From Candidatus Poribacteria bacterium (lineage in GTDB: Bacteria; Poribacteria; WGA-4E; PCPOR2b), in contig OZ240245.1 of assembly GCA_965198175.1 (NCBI GenBank), forward strand, positions 4,384,001 to 4,448,000: a stretch of 64,000 bases of DNA, in the 5' to 3' direction. The translations under genes and the position numbers were made by a program. Positions 27,513 to 40,244 of this stretch are shown here, piece by piece; position 1 is the stretch's first letter, and the number at the start of each line of letters is the position of its first letter. The notes under the pieces are model-generated. The model did not search any database, was not told the origin of the DNA, and was given only the letters and a program-made list of their open reading frames with translations.

Positions 27513-29637
27513 TCAAATCGAAACCTATAATCCCGATGCTGATTTCGATCTTCTGCGGAGAAGCTACGAGTATAGTGAAGAACACCACAGTGGTCAACAG
27601 CGAAGATCTGGTCACCCTTACTTCACCCACTGTCTTGAGACTGCCAATTCCTTAATTGATCTGAAGCTAGATGTACCCACAATCTGCGCCGGGCTTTTAC
27701 ACGATGTGCTGGAGGATACGTTGGTGACTCGCGATGAGCTCGCGCGGCTATTCGGAGAGACAATCGCGCAACTTGTTGAAGGTGTTACCAAGATCGGCGC
27801 ATACCATTTCAAAGGCAGAACCCAGCAAACGCAAGCGGATAACTACCTGAATCTGTTTCTAGCTACGGCAAAGGATATTCGGGTCATTCTCATTAAGCTC
27901 GCAGATCGATTACATAACATGGAAACGCTGTCATTCCTATCTATAGACAGACAGCAGGAAATTGCGAAGGAGACGCTTGAAATCTACGCCTCCCTTGCCC
28001 ACCGATTGGGAATAAATCGAATCAAGAGCAGACTTGAAGATTTGGCGTTCAAGTATCTACACCCCCTCGAATACAAAGAGATTGCCAGTTTGCTTGCTGA
28101 GAAACTTGATGAGAGGGAAGCATACACACGAAAAATGGAAGGAATTATCGCACAAGAATTGGAGAGAGGGCGGATCAGAGCAAAGGTCCATGGACGCCCC
28201 AAGCATATATACAGCATCTATCACAAGATTCACCACAAAGGGGTACCCTTCGAGGAAATCTGCGATTTGATTGCGTTACGCATCCTGGTAGAAGACACTG
28301 CTGATTGTTATGCGGTGTTAGGGATTTTACACGGTAAGTGGAAGCATATACCGGAGAGATTTAAAGATTTTATTGGACTTCCCAAGAGAAACGGCTATAG
28401 AGCATTGCATACGACGATTCTCGATCGGGATCGTCCTGAGCGAGGTCGTCCTATAGAGATTCAGATTCGCGCTTTTCAGATGCACGAAGTTGCTGAATAT
28501 GGCATTGCAGCGCATTGGAGTTATAAAGAGGGTGTACCTTCGACAACAGAAAGCCATTCAATTTTCGCGTGGTTAAGGCAGATGCTAGATGATATTCAGG
28601 AACTCAAAAACCCCTACCAGTTTATCCAATCAATGAAGTGGGAGTTGCTTCCTGATGAGGTCTATGTTTTTTCACCCAAGGGAGACCTCTTTTCGCTTCC
28701 AGCCGGTTCGACGCCAATCGACTTTGCATACAAGATTCACACGGATATAGGGCAAACATGTTGCGGTGCAGAAGTCAACGGGGTGATATTACCTCTCAGA
28801 TACCGTCTACAAAATGGTGACCGCGTAAAAATTATGACCAATTCCAAAGCACACCCAAGTCGGGATTGGTTGCGGTGGGCTAAAACAACCCGTGCACGAA
28901 ACAAGATTCGGCATTGGTTTAGAGAGCAAGATCGCGCACAGGCAATTGAGCTTGGAAGAAGATTTCTTGAGATGGAAATGCGTCGTCAGCATCTCGATCT
29001 GCGGACTTATCTGAAATCGCCCGAGTTACTTGCGATTGCGAAAAAGCTGAAACTGAATACAATTGATGACCTGTTGATGCAGATCGGGAATGGAAAGGAA
29101 TCCGCTGAGCATGTCGTCAATGTGTTACACCCCGAACCGAATACAGCAGAGGAAAGAGAGACAACATTAGATGCGGCTCAGCCGGCGCCAGCAATTCAGC
29201 TTGAAGGTATTGATATAGCGCTTGTGCGTATCATGAAGTGTTGCCACCCTATTCCGGGTGATGAGATTATTGGATATATTACTCGCGGTCGGGGCGTCTC
29301 AATTCATCGAGCAGGCTGTCCTCGCATTATAAATGAGACGGAACGGATTGTTAATGTTGAGTGGAAACCGGTCAATCGTGCTAACTACCCGGCTGAAATA
29401 GCAGTTCGGTGTGAGGATCGCCCTGGCATGCTTGGGGAAATTGCGACACTAATTGCTCAATACAAAGTGAACATCGTAAAGGGAAATCTCGCACACTCTG
29501 TAATGCCCATCGAGGGAACGGCGCATGACAAACTCACTTTAGCGGTGAATGGCATTGAGCAGTTAGAGGCGGTCATGGAGTCAATCCGGTGTTTAAATGG
29601 GGTACAAACCGTTAGTAGAATCTCTACGGTGAATTGA
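27490..29637 (+). CDS. rel: Bifunctional (p)ppGpp synthetase/hydrolase (long RSH)
   Basis: LLHDVLED, KLADRLHN, RFKD, EIQIR, AAHW, TGS, CCHPIPGD, ACT. Confidence 0.95.
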   Translation: MSVETLINQIETYNPDADFDLLRRSYEYSEEHHSGQQRRSGHPYFTHCLETANSLIDLKLDVPTICAGLLHDVLEDTLVTRDELARLFGETIAQLVEGVTKIGAYHFKGRTQQTQADNYLNLFLATAKDIRVILIKLADRLHNMETLSFLSIDRQQEIAKETLEIYASLAHRLGINRIKSRLEDLAFKYLHPLEYKEIASLLAEKLDEREAYTRKMEGIIAQELERGRIRAKVHGRPKHIYSIYHKIHHKGVPFEEICDLIALRILVEDTADCYAVLGILHGKWKHIPERFKDFIGLPKRNGYRALHTTILDRDRPERGRPIEIQIRAFQMHEVAEYGIAAHWSYKEGVPSTTESHSIFAWLRQMLDDIQELKNPYQFIQSMKWELLPDEVYVFSPKGDLFSLPAGSTPIDFAYKIHTDIGQTCCGAEVNGVILPLRYRLQNGDRVKIMTNSKAHPSRDWLRWAKTTRARNKIRHWFREQDRAQAIELGRRFLEMEMRRQHLDLRTYLKSPELLAIAKKLKLNTIDDLLMQIGNGKESAEHVVNVLHPEPNTAEERETTLDAAQPAPAIQLEGIDIALVRIMKCCHPIPGDEIIGYITRGRGVSIHRAGCPRIINETERIVNVEWKPVNRANYPAEIAVRCEDRPGMLGEIATLIAQYKVNIVKGNLAHSVMPIEGTAHDKLTLAVNGIEQLEAVMESIRCLNGVQTVSRISTVN

Positions 29638-29667
29638 ACGTGTTCCGGTTGGGTGACTGTGTTTTGC

Positions 29668-29901
29668 TTAGCTTCCTGTTTCCAATGCCATAGGTGACTC
29701 ACTCGCACGTGAGATTACCTTTACCACTTTTCCAGACTTGAGACAGCGCACACATATCCGGATTCGTTTATTACCAGCTTCTGTTTGAATACGGACGCGC
29801 TGTAAATTTGGTAACCATCTCCGCTTGGTATGCCGGCGAGATTTACTAATTTTGTTGCCTGTCATCGGTTTTTTGCCACAAACATAACAGATTCGAGCCA
29901 A
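29668..29901 (-). CDS. rpmB: 50S ribosomal protein L28
   Basis: GGAGG-TTG; ARICYVCGK..GN.IS.S..HTKRRWLPNLQ..CVRCLKSGK. Confidence 0.95.
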   Translation of the reverse strand: MARICYVCGKKPMTGNKISKSRRHTKRRWLPNLQRVRIQTEAGNKRIRICVRCLKSGKVVKVISRASESPMALETGS

Positions 29902-30043
29902 TTTACCTCCCCCCCTTCTCAACCACTTGAATTCCAAAATTAAAGCAACCCGCTTAGCATATCATAATACATCTATGAAATGCAAGGTTTTTTGGGAAAT
30001 CATTAACATTTCCGCTTCACGGGCTAAAGTAAAGAATTGGAAA

Positions 30044-30820
30044 GTGAAGTTTCAAAAACTGTTTATCGTGGTGGGTCTCACAATTGCCTGTTTTGCATGC
30101 GGCGACGACTCGCTAGTCCGTCCTCTTCAGCAACCAGAGGAACCTCAAGTCGGCGCCGTGTCCGGAATTATAACCGATGTCAGAACCGGCAATCCAATTC
30201 CTGAAGCCACGGTTACTCTATCGGATCAGACCGTGAAAACTGGTGTTAACGGGAAGTACATCTTCACGCAAATCACTTATTCGGAAACCCTAAGCCTGAC
30301 TGTCGAAGCTGTAGACTATGCAACTCAAAAACCGACATTTGCGTTGAATATTGAACACCTCGTGTTTAACATCTCCATGAAACCGTCGACAAATCCTGAA
30401 CTGGAGATTCTGCGGTTTCTTGATACCCTTTCTAGACTGATTGAGTCAAAGGATGGAAAAAACCTTGAGGCAATTCAAGCGCATTTTTCGCAATCTTACG
30501 TAGCTGGCGCCGATCCGGTCACCCGCTTTTTCGGTCTGCCAACCGGCGTTATTCCGGCGAATTATGAGCAAGTCATCCGATGGATCACGAAGCTATTTGA
30601 AACGTTTAACACCATCGAATTTAACTTCTATGATATTGAGATGGAGGTTACTCATACCCAAAAAGCGTCAGCACAGCTTAACCTTGACATCATTATGGAA
30701 AAAGGAGTTCGACCTGAAAAACGAAAGGTTGTCTCCGAATGTGAAATCTTTTTTCGCAAAGAATTGTCTCATTGGAAAGTTATTTTCTGGCAGTTTTCCA
30801 GATTTGATATTCATCTGTAG
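30044..30820 (+). CDS. Lipoprotein with carboxypeptidase-regulatory-like domain and NTF2-like C-terminal domain
   Basis: lipobox CFAC; VSGIITD..TGNPIPEATV..T...GKYIF; C-term F.KE..WKV; GTG start inferred. Confidence 0.7.
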   Translation: MKFQKLFIVVGLTIACFACGDDSLVRPLQQPEEPQVGAVSGIITDVRTGNPIPEATVTLSDQTVKTGVNGKYIFTQITYSETLSLTVEAVDYATQKPTFALNIEHLVFNISMKPSTNPELEILRFLDTLSRLIESKDGKNLEAIQAHFSQSYVAGADPVTRFFGLPTGVIPANYEQVIRWITKLFETFNTIEFNFYDIEMEVTHTQKASAQLNLDIIMEKGVRPEKRKVVSECEIFFRKELSHWKVIFWQFSRFDIHL

Positions 30821-30862
30821 ACAGTATAATACAAATTTTTCACTTAAGCATACGATGTGTAA

Positions 30863-32875
<2,013 letters not shown>

Positions 32876-32912
32876 TCGAAGACACGTGCGGCTTCCACAC
32901 TTTGCATTTTCC

Positions 32913-32941
32913 TTGACAGGCATATGTGTCAAGTCTATAAT
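32913..32941 (+). promoter_or_regulatory. sigma70 promoter of dapF-dapA
   Basis: TTGACA-17-TATAAT, perfect consensus. Confidence 0.8.
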
Positions 32942-32978
32942 AACCCCAATTAAATATCGCTAGATAGGATAGAAAATT

Positions 32979-33803
32979 ATGGCTAAAATTCCGTTTATGA
33001 AACTCAGCGGAGCGGGTAACGACTTCGTGATTATCGACAATCTCGAGTGCACCGTTCCATATGAAAATACAGATTTTGTCGAAAAGGTTTGCGAACGCCG
33101 GATGTCTGTGGGCGCCGATGGTATTCTACTCGTTGAAAAGTCGGAGCGGGCGGATTTTAAGATGCGCTACTTTAACGCCGATGGCGGCGAAGCGGAGACA
33201 TGTGGGAACGGCGCGCGTTGCATCTCTAAGTTTGCGCATATCAACGGCATCACATCCGAGCGTATGCGTTTTGAAACCAAAGCCGGCATCTACGAATCGG
33301 AAATTCTCGAGTCAGGCGTAAAAGTGCGAATGAGCGATCCGACAGATATCCGTTTGAACTTCCCGCTTCAGCTTGATGACGGCGTCTACACCGTCTGTTC
33401 CGCCAATAGCGGCGTGCCGCACGTGGTGTATTTTATTGAAGATCTCGAAGCCGCGGACGTTATTAATCTCGGAGCGCAAACACGTTATCACGACGATTTT
33501 CTGCCCGCAGGAACGAACGTAAATTTTGTGCGAATCAAAAACGATCGAGAAATTGATATTCGCACCTATGAGCGGGGAGTCGAAGATGAAACCCTTGCTT
33601 GCGGCACCGGCTCAATTGCGTCGGCTGTATTGTCTACGCTGCGCGGGAAGACTATTCCACCGGTCGCTGTGCGGACAGCTAGCGGATCTGTGTTGACAAT
33701 CCACTTCGATTTAGATGGCAGTGAACCCAAAAACGTACATCTAGAGGGGGATGCACGAGTCATCTATGCCGGCGAACTTGAAGAAGGCGCGTGGATTTAC
33801 TGA
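32979..33803 (+). CDS. dapF: Diaminopimelate epimerase
   Basis: GAGNDF, GADG, CGNG, ERG..ETLACGTG. Confidence 0.97.
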   Translation: MAKIPFMKLSGAGNDFVIIDNLECTVPYENTDFVEKVCERRMSVGADGILLVEKSERADFKMRYFNADGGEAETCGNGARCISKFAHINGITSERMRFETKAGIYESEILESGVKVRMSDPTDIRLNFPLQLDDGVYTVCSANSGVPHVVYFIEDLEAADVINLGAQTRYHDDFLPAGTNVNFVRIKNDREIDIRTYERGVEDETLACGTGSIASAVLSTLRGKTIPPVAVRTASGSVLTIHFDLDGSEPKNVHLEGDARVIYAGELEEGAWIY

Positions 33804-33840
33804 AGGCAAGAGGCGATCAAGGAATTAAAGGAGGTTTCAC

Positions 33841-34716
33841 ATGTTTGAAGGATCCTTTGTGGCTATCGTAACGCCGTTCAAAAATGATGAATCGCTCGAC
33901 GAAAGCAAACTCAAGGAACTCATCGATTTTCAGATTGCTGAAGGGACACACGGTATCGTCCCTTGTGGGACCACTGGAGAATCGCCGACGCTTTCCCACT
34001 TGGAACACGATCGGGTTGTTGCGCTGACCGCCGAATCAGTTAACGGGCGCGCTCTTGTAATCGCCGGATCGGGTTCAAACTCAACCGCGGAGGCGCTGCG
34101 GTTGACAAAACACGCTAAGGCGGTAGGCGCCGACGGTGCGTTGGTCATCACACCTTACTACAATAAACCGACGCAGGCCGGTCTGTTCGCCCACTTCATA
34201 AAAATAGCGGACGCTGTCGATATCCCGATTATCATCTACAACGTCCCCTCACGCACAGGCATAGACATCCTCCCCGAAACGCTCGCCAAACTCGCAAAGC
34301 ACCCAAATATTGTTGGCACCAAAGAGGCGACCGGACTAGTCAGACGTTCCAGCGACATTGTACACATGTGCGGCGAGGATTTTATCATCCTTTCCGGAAA
34401 CGACGACGACACCTTTCCAATTCTTGCGGTCGGCGGGAGTGGGGTAATCTCCGTCGTTGCCAATGTTGCGCCCGCCGATGTTGCAGAGATGTGCAACGCT
34501 TTCAAAGCGGGTAACATCGAACTCGCCCGAAAACTGCATTACAAAACGCTGCCCCTCGCTATAGATCTCTTTATCGAAACCAACCCTATCCCCGCTAAGA
34601 CCGCCCTTATGTTGATGGGAAAACTCAACGGCAAAATGCGGCTTCCGCTCGCGCCAATGGCAAGCGCAAATATGGAGAAGCTCCGCCGGACATTGGCGGA
34701 TTCGGGCTTGCTTTAG
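33841..34716 (+). CDS. dapA: 4-hydroxy-tetrahydrodipicolinate synthase
   Basis: GTTGES, PYYNKP, YNVPSRTG, KEA, ETNPIP. Confidence 0.97.
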   Translation: MFEGSFVAIVTPFKNDESLDESKLKELIDFQIAEGTHGIVPCGTTGESPTLSHLEHDRVVALTAESVNGRALVIAGSGSNSTAEALRLTKHAKAVGADGALVITPYYNKPTQAGLFAHFIKIADAVDIPIIIYNVPSRTGIDILPETLAKLAKHPNIVGTKEATGLVRRSSDIVHMCGEDFIILSGNDDDTFPILAVGGSGVISVVANVAPADVAEMCNAFKAGNIELARKLHYKTLPLAIDLFIETNPIPAKTALMLMGKLNGKMRLPLAPMASANMEKLRRTLADSGLL

Positions 34717-35159
34717 GAACGTCGAATGTGAATCTCTACCGCGTAACAGAACACAGGGTTAATGTAATCGCTTGGATGGCTTGTCGGCACAGTTTTGCGA
34801 ATGGAATGAAGGGCGGCAAATCGGATTCAGTTGTATTTTCCATTGACAACCGCCGAAAGATAGCCCGCTATCTGAGATTGCCTTATCTGTCTTAATATGG
34901 ATTTTCTCCGGTCTTCTATAGCGAAACCCTCGCCAGCGTATGCACGGCAGCATTCCTATGCCGAGTGAATGGAGATGAATCGCTTCCTACCTAATGTTTT
35001 TACTCACGCCACAGATACTTAACTACCTTGAATACAACATTGCCCATACCCACCGTGAAAGAGCGAATTCAAATTGACAAGCGCTATTTGTACACTAGTT
35101 GAACATGACGACGAATATTTTTTGCGTGTCGCAATGCAACTCACGAAATATAATGGCTG

Positions 35160-36845
35160 ATGTCAGATAAAAAACGGAAATTTGTGTTAGCGGGGCTTGC
35201 CTTTCTTGCAATCTGCGCCCTTGCAGTATATGGGGCACGGCACCTTGAGCAGCCTGGCGGTCTGGTTTGGTATAGCATCGTCCCGCCGCTTTTTGCAGTC
35301 ACGTTGGCGATTGCAACCAATCGGTTGATGTTCAGCCTCGGCTTGGCTGTAGTTGTTGGGATTGTCCTCTCCTCGGTAAAAAGTCAGCCCGCATCAATCG
35401 TAATGTGGGTTCCCTCCGTCTTCAACCATACCTTTTCGGTAGTAAAGTCTGTCACAGATTCGTTTAACCTCCTCGTGATTCTCTTCATCGTGCTGATTTT
35501 GTCGACGATTTCAGTCGTAATCGTATCCGGCGGAATCCAAGGCATAATCAACTGGCTCACACGCTTTGCGAAGGGACCGCGCTCAACCCAGCTTGTCACT
35601 GTGCTAATGGGGTTTGCCGTTTTTATTGACGACTATGCAAACACCATGATTGTCGGTTCAGCGATGCGGCCCGCGACCGACCACCAACGCATTAGCCGCG
35701 CAAAATTGGCGTACCTCGTCGATTCTACGACTGCGCCGATTGCAGGTCTCGCTGTGGTGAGTACATGGATTGGCTATGAAGTCGGGTTGTTCACCGAGGT
35801 CGCGAACTCGCTAGAAATACAACGGGACGGTTATTCCATGTTCTTCGACGCGCTGGGGTTCAGGTTCTATTGCATGATGACGATAATTTTCGTTATTGCA
35901 AATGCAATCAGCGGTGTGGATTACGGGCCGATGCGGAAAGCACAAATACGCGCTAGGAGAACAGGGGCAGACGATTCCGGGGATGCGAAGATTAAGACCT
36001 CGAGAGTATTCACGGCATTGAAGCATTCCCCTTCAGCGATTATCCATCCGCTGGCTGCAATCGTTCCCATCGGAACGCTTTTCGGTGCAATGTTGATAGG
36101 ATTTTGGATTGATGGCGGGGGGCATGGATCTATCCTCTCTCTATCGGCTTGGCGTAACGTATTATCCGAAGCGAACAACGTAAAAATTCTAACAATTGCT
36201 TCCGGAAGCAGCTTTCTATTGGCTATCGGGTGTGCAAGGCTACTATCTCGGATTCGCCTATCCGAAATAAGGGTTGCCGTACTCTCAGGTCTCAAGGGCA
36301 GCCTGCTGCCGACGACTATTCTGGTCTTAGCGTGGAGTTTGAAAGCTGTCTGTGATCAACTTAACACGGGCGGTTTTCTCGCCGCGGCAGTCGAAGGTGT
36401 CCTTTCGCCGATTTGGTTCCCGGCGCTCCTGTTCATCGTGGCGTCCGTGACCTCCTTCGCGACCGGGACGAGCTGGGGTACCATGGCGATACTTATTCCG
36501 ACTGCCATTCCGGTGGCTTTTTCACTTGATGGCAGTGTCTATGGATTGACGACGATGATTAGCTTGGGGGCGGTACTTGACGGCTCAATCTTCGGCGATC
36601 ACTGCTCGCCCATCTCCGACACGACCATCATGAGTTCCATCGCCAGCGAATGCGAACCCATCCACCACGTGCACACCCAACTCCCCTACAGCTTGACTGT
36701 CGCCGGACTTGCACTCATCTGCGGGTACATTCCGGCAGCCTTGGGCGTTTCACCCTACCTCGCAATCTCCGTCGCGGCAGCTTTAATTGTTCTCCTGCTC
36801 TACATTATTGGCAAACTTGACTCAAGTCAACAGGTTGTTGCATAA
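35160..36845 (+). CDS. Na+/H+ antiporter NhaC family transporter (possibly an amino-acid transporter)
   Basis: FIDDYAN, DSTTAP, FATGTSWGT, GDHCSPISDTT, HV.TQLPY. Confidence 0.9.
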   Translation: MSDKKRKFVLAGLAFLAICALAVYGARHLEQPGGLVWYSIVPPLFAVTLAIATNRLMFSLGLAVVVGIVLSSVKSQPASIVMWVPSVFNHTFSVVKSVTDSFNLLVILFIVLILSTISVVIVSGGIQGIINWLTRFAKGPRSTQLVTVLMGFAVFIDDYANTMIVGSAMRPATDHQRISRAKLAYLVDSTTAPIAGLAVVSTWIGYEVGLFTEVANSLEIQRDGYSMFFDALGFRFYCMMTIIFVIANAISGVDYGPMRKAQIRARRTGADDSGDAKIKTSRVFTALKHSPSAIIHPLAAIVPIGTLFGAMLIGFWIDGGGHGSILSLSAWRNVLSEANNVKILTIASGSSFLLAIGCARLLSRIRLSEIRVAVLSGLKGSLLPTTILVLAWSLKAVCDQLNTGGFLAAAVEGVLSPIWFPALLFIVASVTSFATGTSWGTMAILIPTAIPVAFSLDGSVYGLTTMISLGAVLDGSIFGDHCSPISDTTIMSSIASECEPIHHVHTQLPYSLTVAGLALICGYIPAALGVSPYLAISVAAALIVLLLYIIGKLDSSQQVVA

Positions 36846-36891
36846 TTAAAAAAATTCCCTTACCCTGACCGTCACGTGGGTAAAAGTTCTT

Positions 36892-37117
36892 GCAGGTTGG
36901 GTAGAGCGTTCAACTGAACGGATAAATCAACCGACCGAATAGGGAGTGCAATAGAGATCTTAGTCGATAGTCTTCTGCACCTGCACCTCTTTCAGGTTAG
37001 GTCTGCCGAATGATCAGATCGTCTGGAATCGGAATTCCCTCCTACTAGAATTCTTCCCCTTTAGGAGCGATCTCCGCATCGCGACGCATTCTCAGTTGAT
37101 CGCTCTACCCAACCTAC
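36892..37117. repeat. GTAG-family REPIN (composite)
   Basis: arms GCAGGTTGGGTAGAGCG / CGCTCTACCCAACCTAC; interior shared with 39634-39947. Confidence 0.85.
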
Positions 37118-37164
37118 GAAAACTGAATTTTGTTTCGTCATTGGAACCGAAAGGAGATATTTAA

Positions 37165-38202
37165 ATGACGCTCAGAGAACACATTGATGACATACGCAAC
37201 CGTTTAAAAGGGGGAGAGTTTAAGAACGAGCAATCTGTTTCTCAGGGCGTCGTGCTTAGGCTACTCGGCGAACTGGATTGGCCAACTCATGATACCCAGG
37301 TTGTTTTTCCTGAACACCCTGTTGATGGGAGAAGAGTCGATTTCGCGTTGTGTCAACCCCCATCAAAGCCACTGGTCTTCATTGAAGTAAAGCCAGTTGG
37401 AAAAAGTGAAGGGGCAGAGAAACAGCTATTTGAATATGCTTTTCACAAAGGAGTGCCAGTTGTTATCCTCACCGATGGTCAGGAATGGCACTTTTTCCAC
37501 CCAAGTGGGCAAGGAGATTACGCAGAACGTAGGGTATGCAGACTGGATTTGATTGAAATGGACAGTGAGGAAAGCACCGAGCTTCTAAGCAGATATCTCA
37601 ACTACAAGTCGATATGTAATGATGAAGCCATTAAAGCAATCCAAGACGATTATCGGGACGTCACCAAGCAGAGACAGATTGTGACTAGTTTGCCAGAGGC
37701 ATGGGGCAGATTGGTGCAGGAAGAAGATGAGTTCTTGTTGGAAATAATCGCGGAGAAAACGGAGAGTCTGTGCGGGAATAAGCCAAGCGTCGGGCAGGTG
37801 TTGAGATTCCTAAATACGCTAAGCGTAGCTGAACCACACCCGAAAGAAATACCTCCTCCACCCGTGGAGATGCCTCCTCCGCCAACACAGGAAGAACCGC
37901 GAAGCTTCATGGGCAAAAAACCGCCCACACGACTTGTTGTCATTATGACTGATGGTGAGAAGATTGATTATCCTGAAGCTATAAAGACGTTCGCTGTGGT
38001 AATTGAAAAGCTCGGAATCGATCGAGTGAGAAATGTATACTCTAATCTCATATCCGCCGAAAGATCATCAAAATATGGGTATCCGGTAGGTCGATATTTT
38101 ATAAGACATCAGACAAGCACGAAGCACAAGAAGAAGATGCTAGATCGAATTGCTTCCCAGCTTAGCGTGCAAATGACAGTGCAAATAGTCCCAAAAAATT
38201 AA
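37165..38202 (+). CDS. HsdR_N-like PD-(D/E)XK nuclease with Pro-rich linker and C-terminal domain
   Basis: NE..V, L.W....V.PE, RVDFAL..FIEVK, QL..YA, LTDG..W; AAGGAG RBS. Confidence 0.8.
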   Translation: MTLREHIDDIRNRLKGGEFKNEQSVSQGVVLRLLGELDWPTHDTQVVFPEHPVDGRRVDFALCQPPSKPLVFIEVKPVGKSEGAEKQLFEYAFHKGVPVVILTDGQEWHFFHPSGQGDYAERRVCRLDLIEMDSEESTELLSRYLNYKSICNDEAIKAIQDDYRDVTKQRQIVTSLPEAWGRLVQEEDEFLLEIIAEKTESLCGNKPSVGQVLRFLNTLSVAEPHPKEIPPPPVEMPPPPTQEEPRSFMGKKPPTRLVVIMTDGEKIDYPEAIKTFAVVIEKLGIDRVRNVYSNLISAERSSKYGYPVGRYFIRHQTSTKHKKKMLDRIASQLSVQMTVQIVPKN

Positions 38203-38261
38203 GCGGATTTAACTCATTCCCTACCGAATTCGCACGATGGCGATTTGTTCGCTCAATTTTT

Positions 38262-38278
38262 GTAGGTTGGGTAGAGCG
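38262..38278. repeat. Single REP arm
   Basis: GTAGGTTGGGTAGAGCG; no clear partner arm. Confidence 0.8.
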
Positions 38279-38424
38279 GGTAAGTCCAATTAGTCTTGGC
38301 TCCGGCAAGTTCTCATTTTATCTCTTTCACCCAACAGTGTGCGGCATCAGAATTATCTGCCGGATAAAAGGAGAGTGTGAACACAGCTACACATGCGAGT
38401 AGAGTTGTGGTGGCTAGGATTCGC

Positions 38425-39045
38425 TTATTCAAAGTACACCCCCCTTTCGTTCATCGCACTAATCAGGTTGTCAATATACCAGTCAACCCATTCAGGTTCG
38501 TCTTCGTCCTCTTCCAACAGAGAACGCATCTCTGCAAGGTAACTTTGTCGTTCAGCGATTGACTTCGGGCGCAAATTCCTTGCCGTATCGTCCCAGGTCT
38601 CTTTCATTAAAGCCTCAACTTCAGCAGCCATGCGATGATATTCAGGTTCGAGCTCTGCCAGCGTATCTCGCTGTCTCTGTAACTCTTCTTCTGATATTTC
38701 AACATCAGAATCATTAGTTACACCTTCGGAAGTGCTAAAATCATGCTCGTCAAAAACATCCGCTTTTTCATCGTGAACAGCTACTGATTCAACAGACATT
38801 GCCGTTTCGGTTTGTTCTACATTACTTTCAACCAGTTTTGACTCTTTAAATTGAGGCAATGCAGTTACCGTTGGCGAAGTAGAGCGACCAGTATTGACTT
38901 CGACGTTTCCAGGTCGCTCCGGCGCAATCTCATAGATTATTTTCGGCTCATCTAATTCCCAACTTTGTTGAGTATAGATGACCAAAATTGAAATAGCGAT
39001 TAACAGTATACACACTGCTATTCCGGCGTACCATTTCCTGTTCAT
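38425..39045 (-). CDS. Hypothetical membrane-anchored acidic protein
   Basis: GGAGG RBS, N-terminal TM, low-complexity middle, helical C-terminus. Confidence 0.75.
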   Translation of the reverse strand: MNRKWYAGIAVCILLIAISILVIYTQQSWELDEPKIIYEIAPERPGNVEVNTGRSTSPTVTALPQFKESKLVESNVEQTETAMSVESVAVHDEKADVFDEHDFSTSEGVTNDSDVEISEEELQRQRDTLAELEPEYHRMAAEVEALMKETWDDTARNLRPKSIAERQSYLAEMRSLLEEDEDEPEWVDWYIDNLISAMNERGVYFE

Positions 39046-39633
39046 GATGTAACCTCCTCTTGGTTGTGTGACATGCCTAGTTTATCAAAGTTAAAATCTT
39101 CTGTCAACAACTATACTTCGGCATAATTTTAGCGTGACAAATTAAAAGGGAAGAAATTATACTTCGCACTGTTGTACTACTGCTGCCAGTGCTTTAAGTT
39201 CTGTTTCAACGTCCACTACTCATCTGCGGAGGGCTTCGGTGGTTTAGAGGGCAAATATGTAAATAATTTCAATTTACCAGAATCAATGCTATGTCGAGCG
39301 AAATTGAGTATATCAACAACTCCAATGAGATTTAGCTGTTCACCTAAACTTAGTTGACTCATTAAGCATAATCTGACGATTAGGATGTTTGCTGGCAAGG
39401 TTTTATAAGAATACGGATTTGGAATCATTGTTAAATTTTCCTCAATTTGTATTTTCACATGATTCCTAAAGAGTGCGAAATTCTACAATTCATCAGTATA
39501 GTCCCCATTGAAATGAATCTCCGAGTTCCAATATCTGATGGCAAGTTTGTGAGTGATGGGCGGAAGGAGCCAGGATTTAGGCAGCATTTTTCCGCATCAT
39601 AGCGCTTTAAAAGCACATCCTATCAAAGTTCTT

Positions 39634-39947
39634 GTAGGTTGGGCAGAGCGGGTGATTCCAATACCGTTCCTGAAGCAATAACCGATCCAACGACCAAACA
39701 TCGCACGTCGCGAAATACATGTAGCGAAACCCAACGATCAACTGAACGAATAGATCAGCCGACCGAAAAGGGAGGGCGATAGAGATCTTAGGCGCTAGTC
39801 TTTTGCGCCTGTACCTCTTCCAGATAAAGGCTGCCGAATGATCAGATCGTCGGGAATCGTAATTCCCACTTACTAGTATTCCACCCTACCGTAGGAGCGA
39901 TCTCCGAATCGCGACAAATTCTCAGTTAATCGCTTAACCCAACCTCC
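39634..39947. repeat. GTAG-family REPIN (composite)
   Basis: GTAGGTTGGGCAGAGCG / CGCTTAACCCAACCTCC arms; left interior resembles the 43160 copy, right interior the 36892 copy. Confidence 0.85.
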
Positions 39948-40244
39948 AAAAACTTAGTGGAAGGTTACGATTCGCCGGCGGAGAAACGCAACCAACAAGT
40001 ATTTGGAAAAAAGGGTTACAAAACACGGAAAGCAATGGTAAATTTTAACCATAAGGAAATTGTAGTTCACAGATTCAAATAATTTCATAGTTTTCATAGT
40101 TTTCCGATCAACAGTAAGGATTTGTATGTGGTGAAAAAGCGCGCAAATTCAGTCCGGCGCTGATCTTGGCGTAGTTCACGAAAAGATGACACGTGAGTTT
40201 ACTATGAAACTTTTCTGTTTTTTTTGGAAGGGAGAAAAGTACTT

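Noticed and set aside
34784..34798. sigma54 promoter CGGCACAGTTTTGC
   Set aside because: GG-to-GC spacing is 9 nt rather than the required 10.
34720..35159. Lysine riboswitch between dapA and the NhaC-family gene
   Set aside because: Context is suggestive, but I could not find the AGAGGNGC start or other L-box core motifs; an Infernal scan would settle it.
40082..40210. TTTCATAGT tandem with distal ACTATGAAA inverted copy
   Set aside because: Only 9-10 bp in AT-rich DNA and seen once, so insufficient to call an element.
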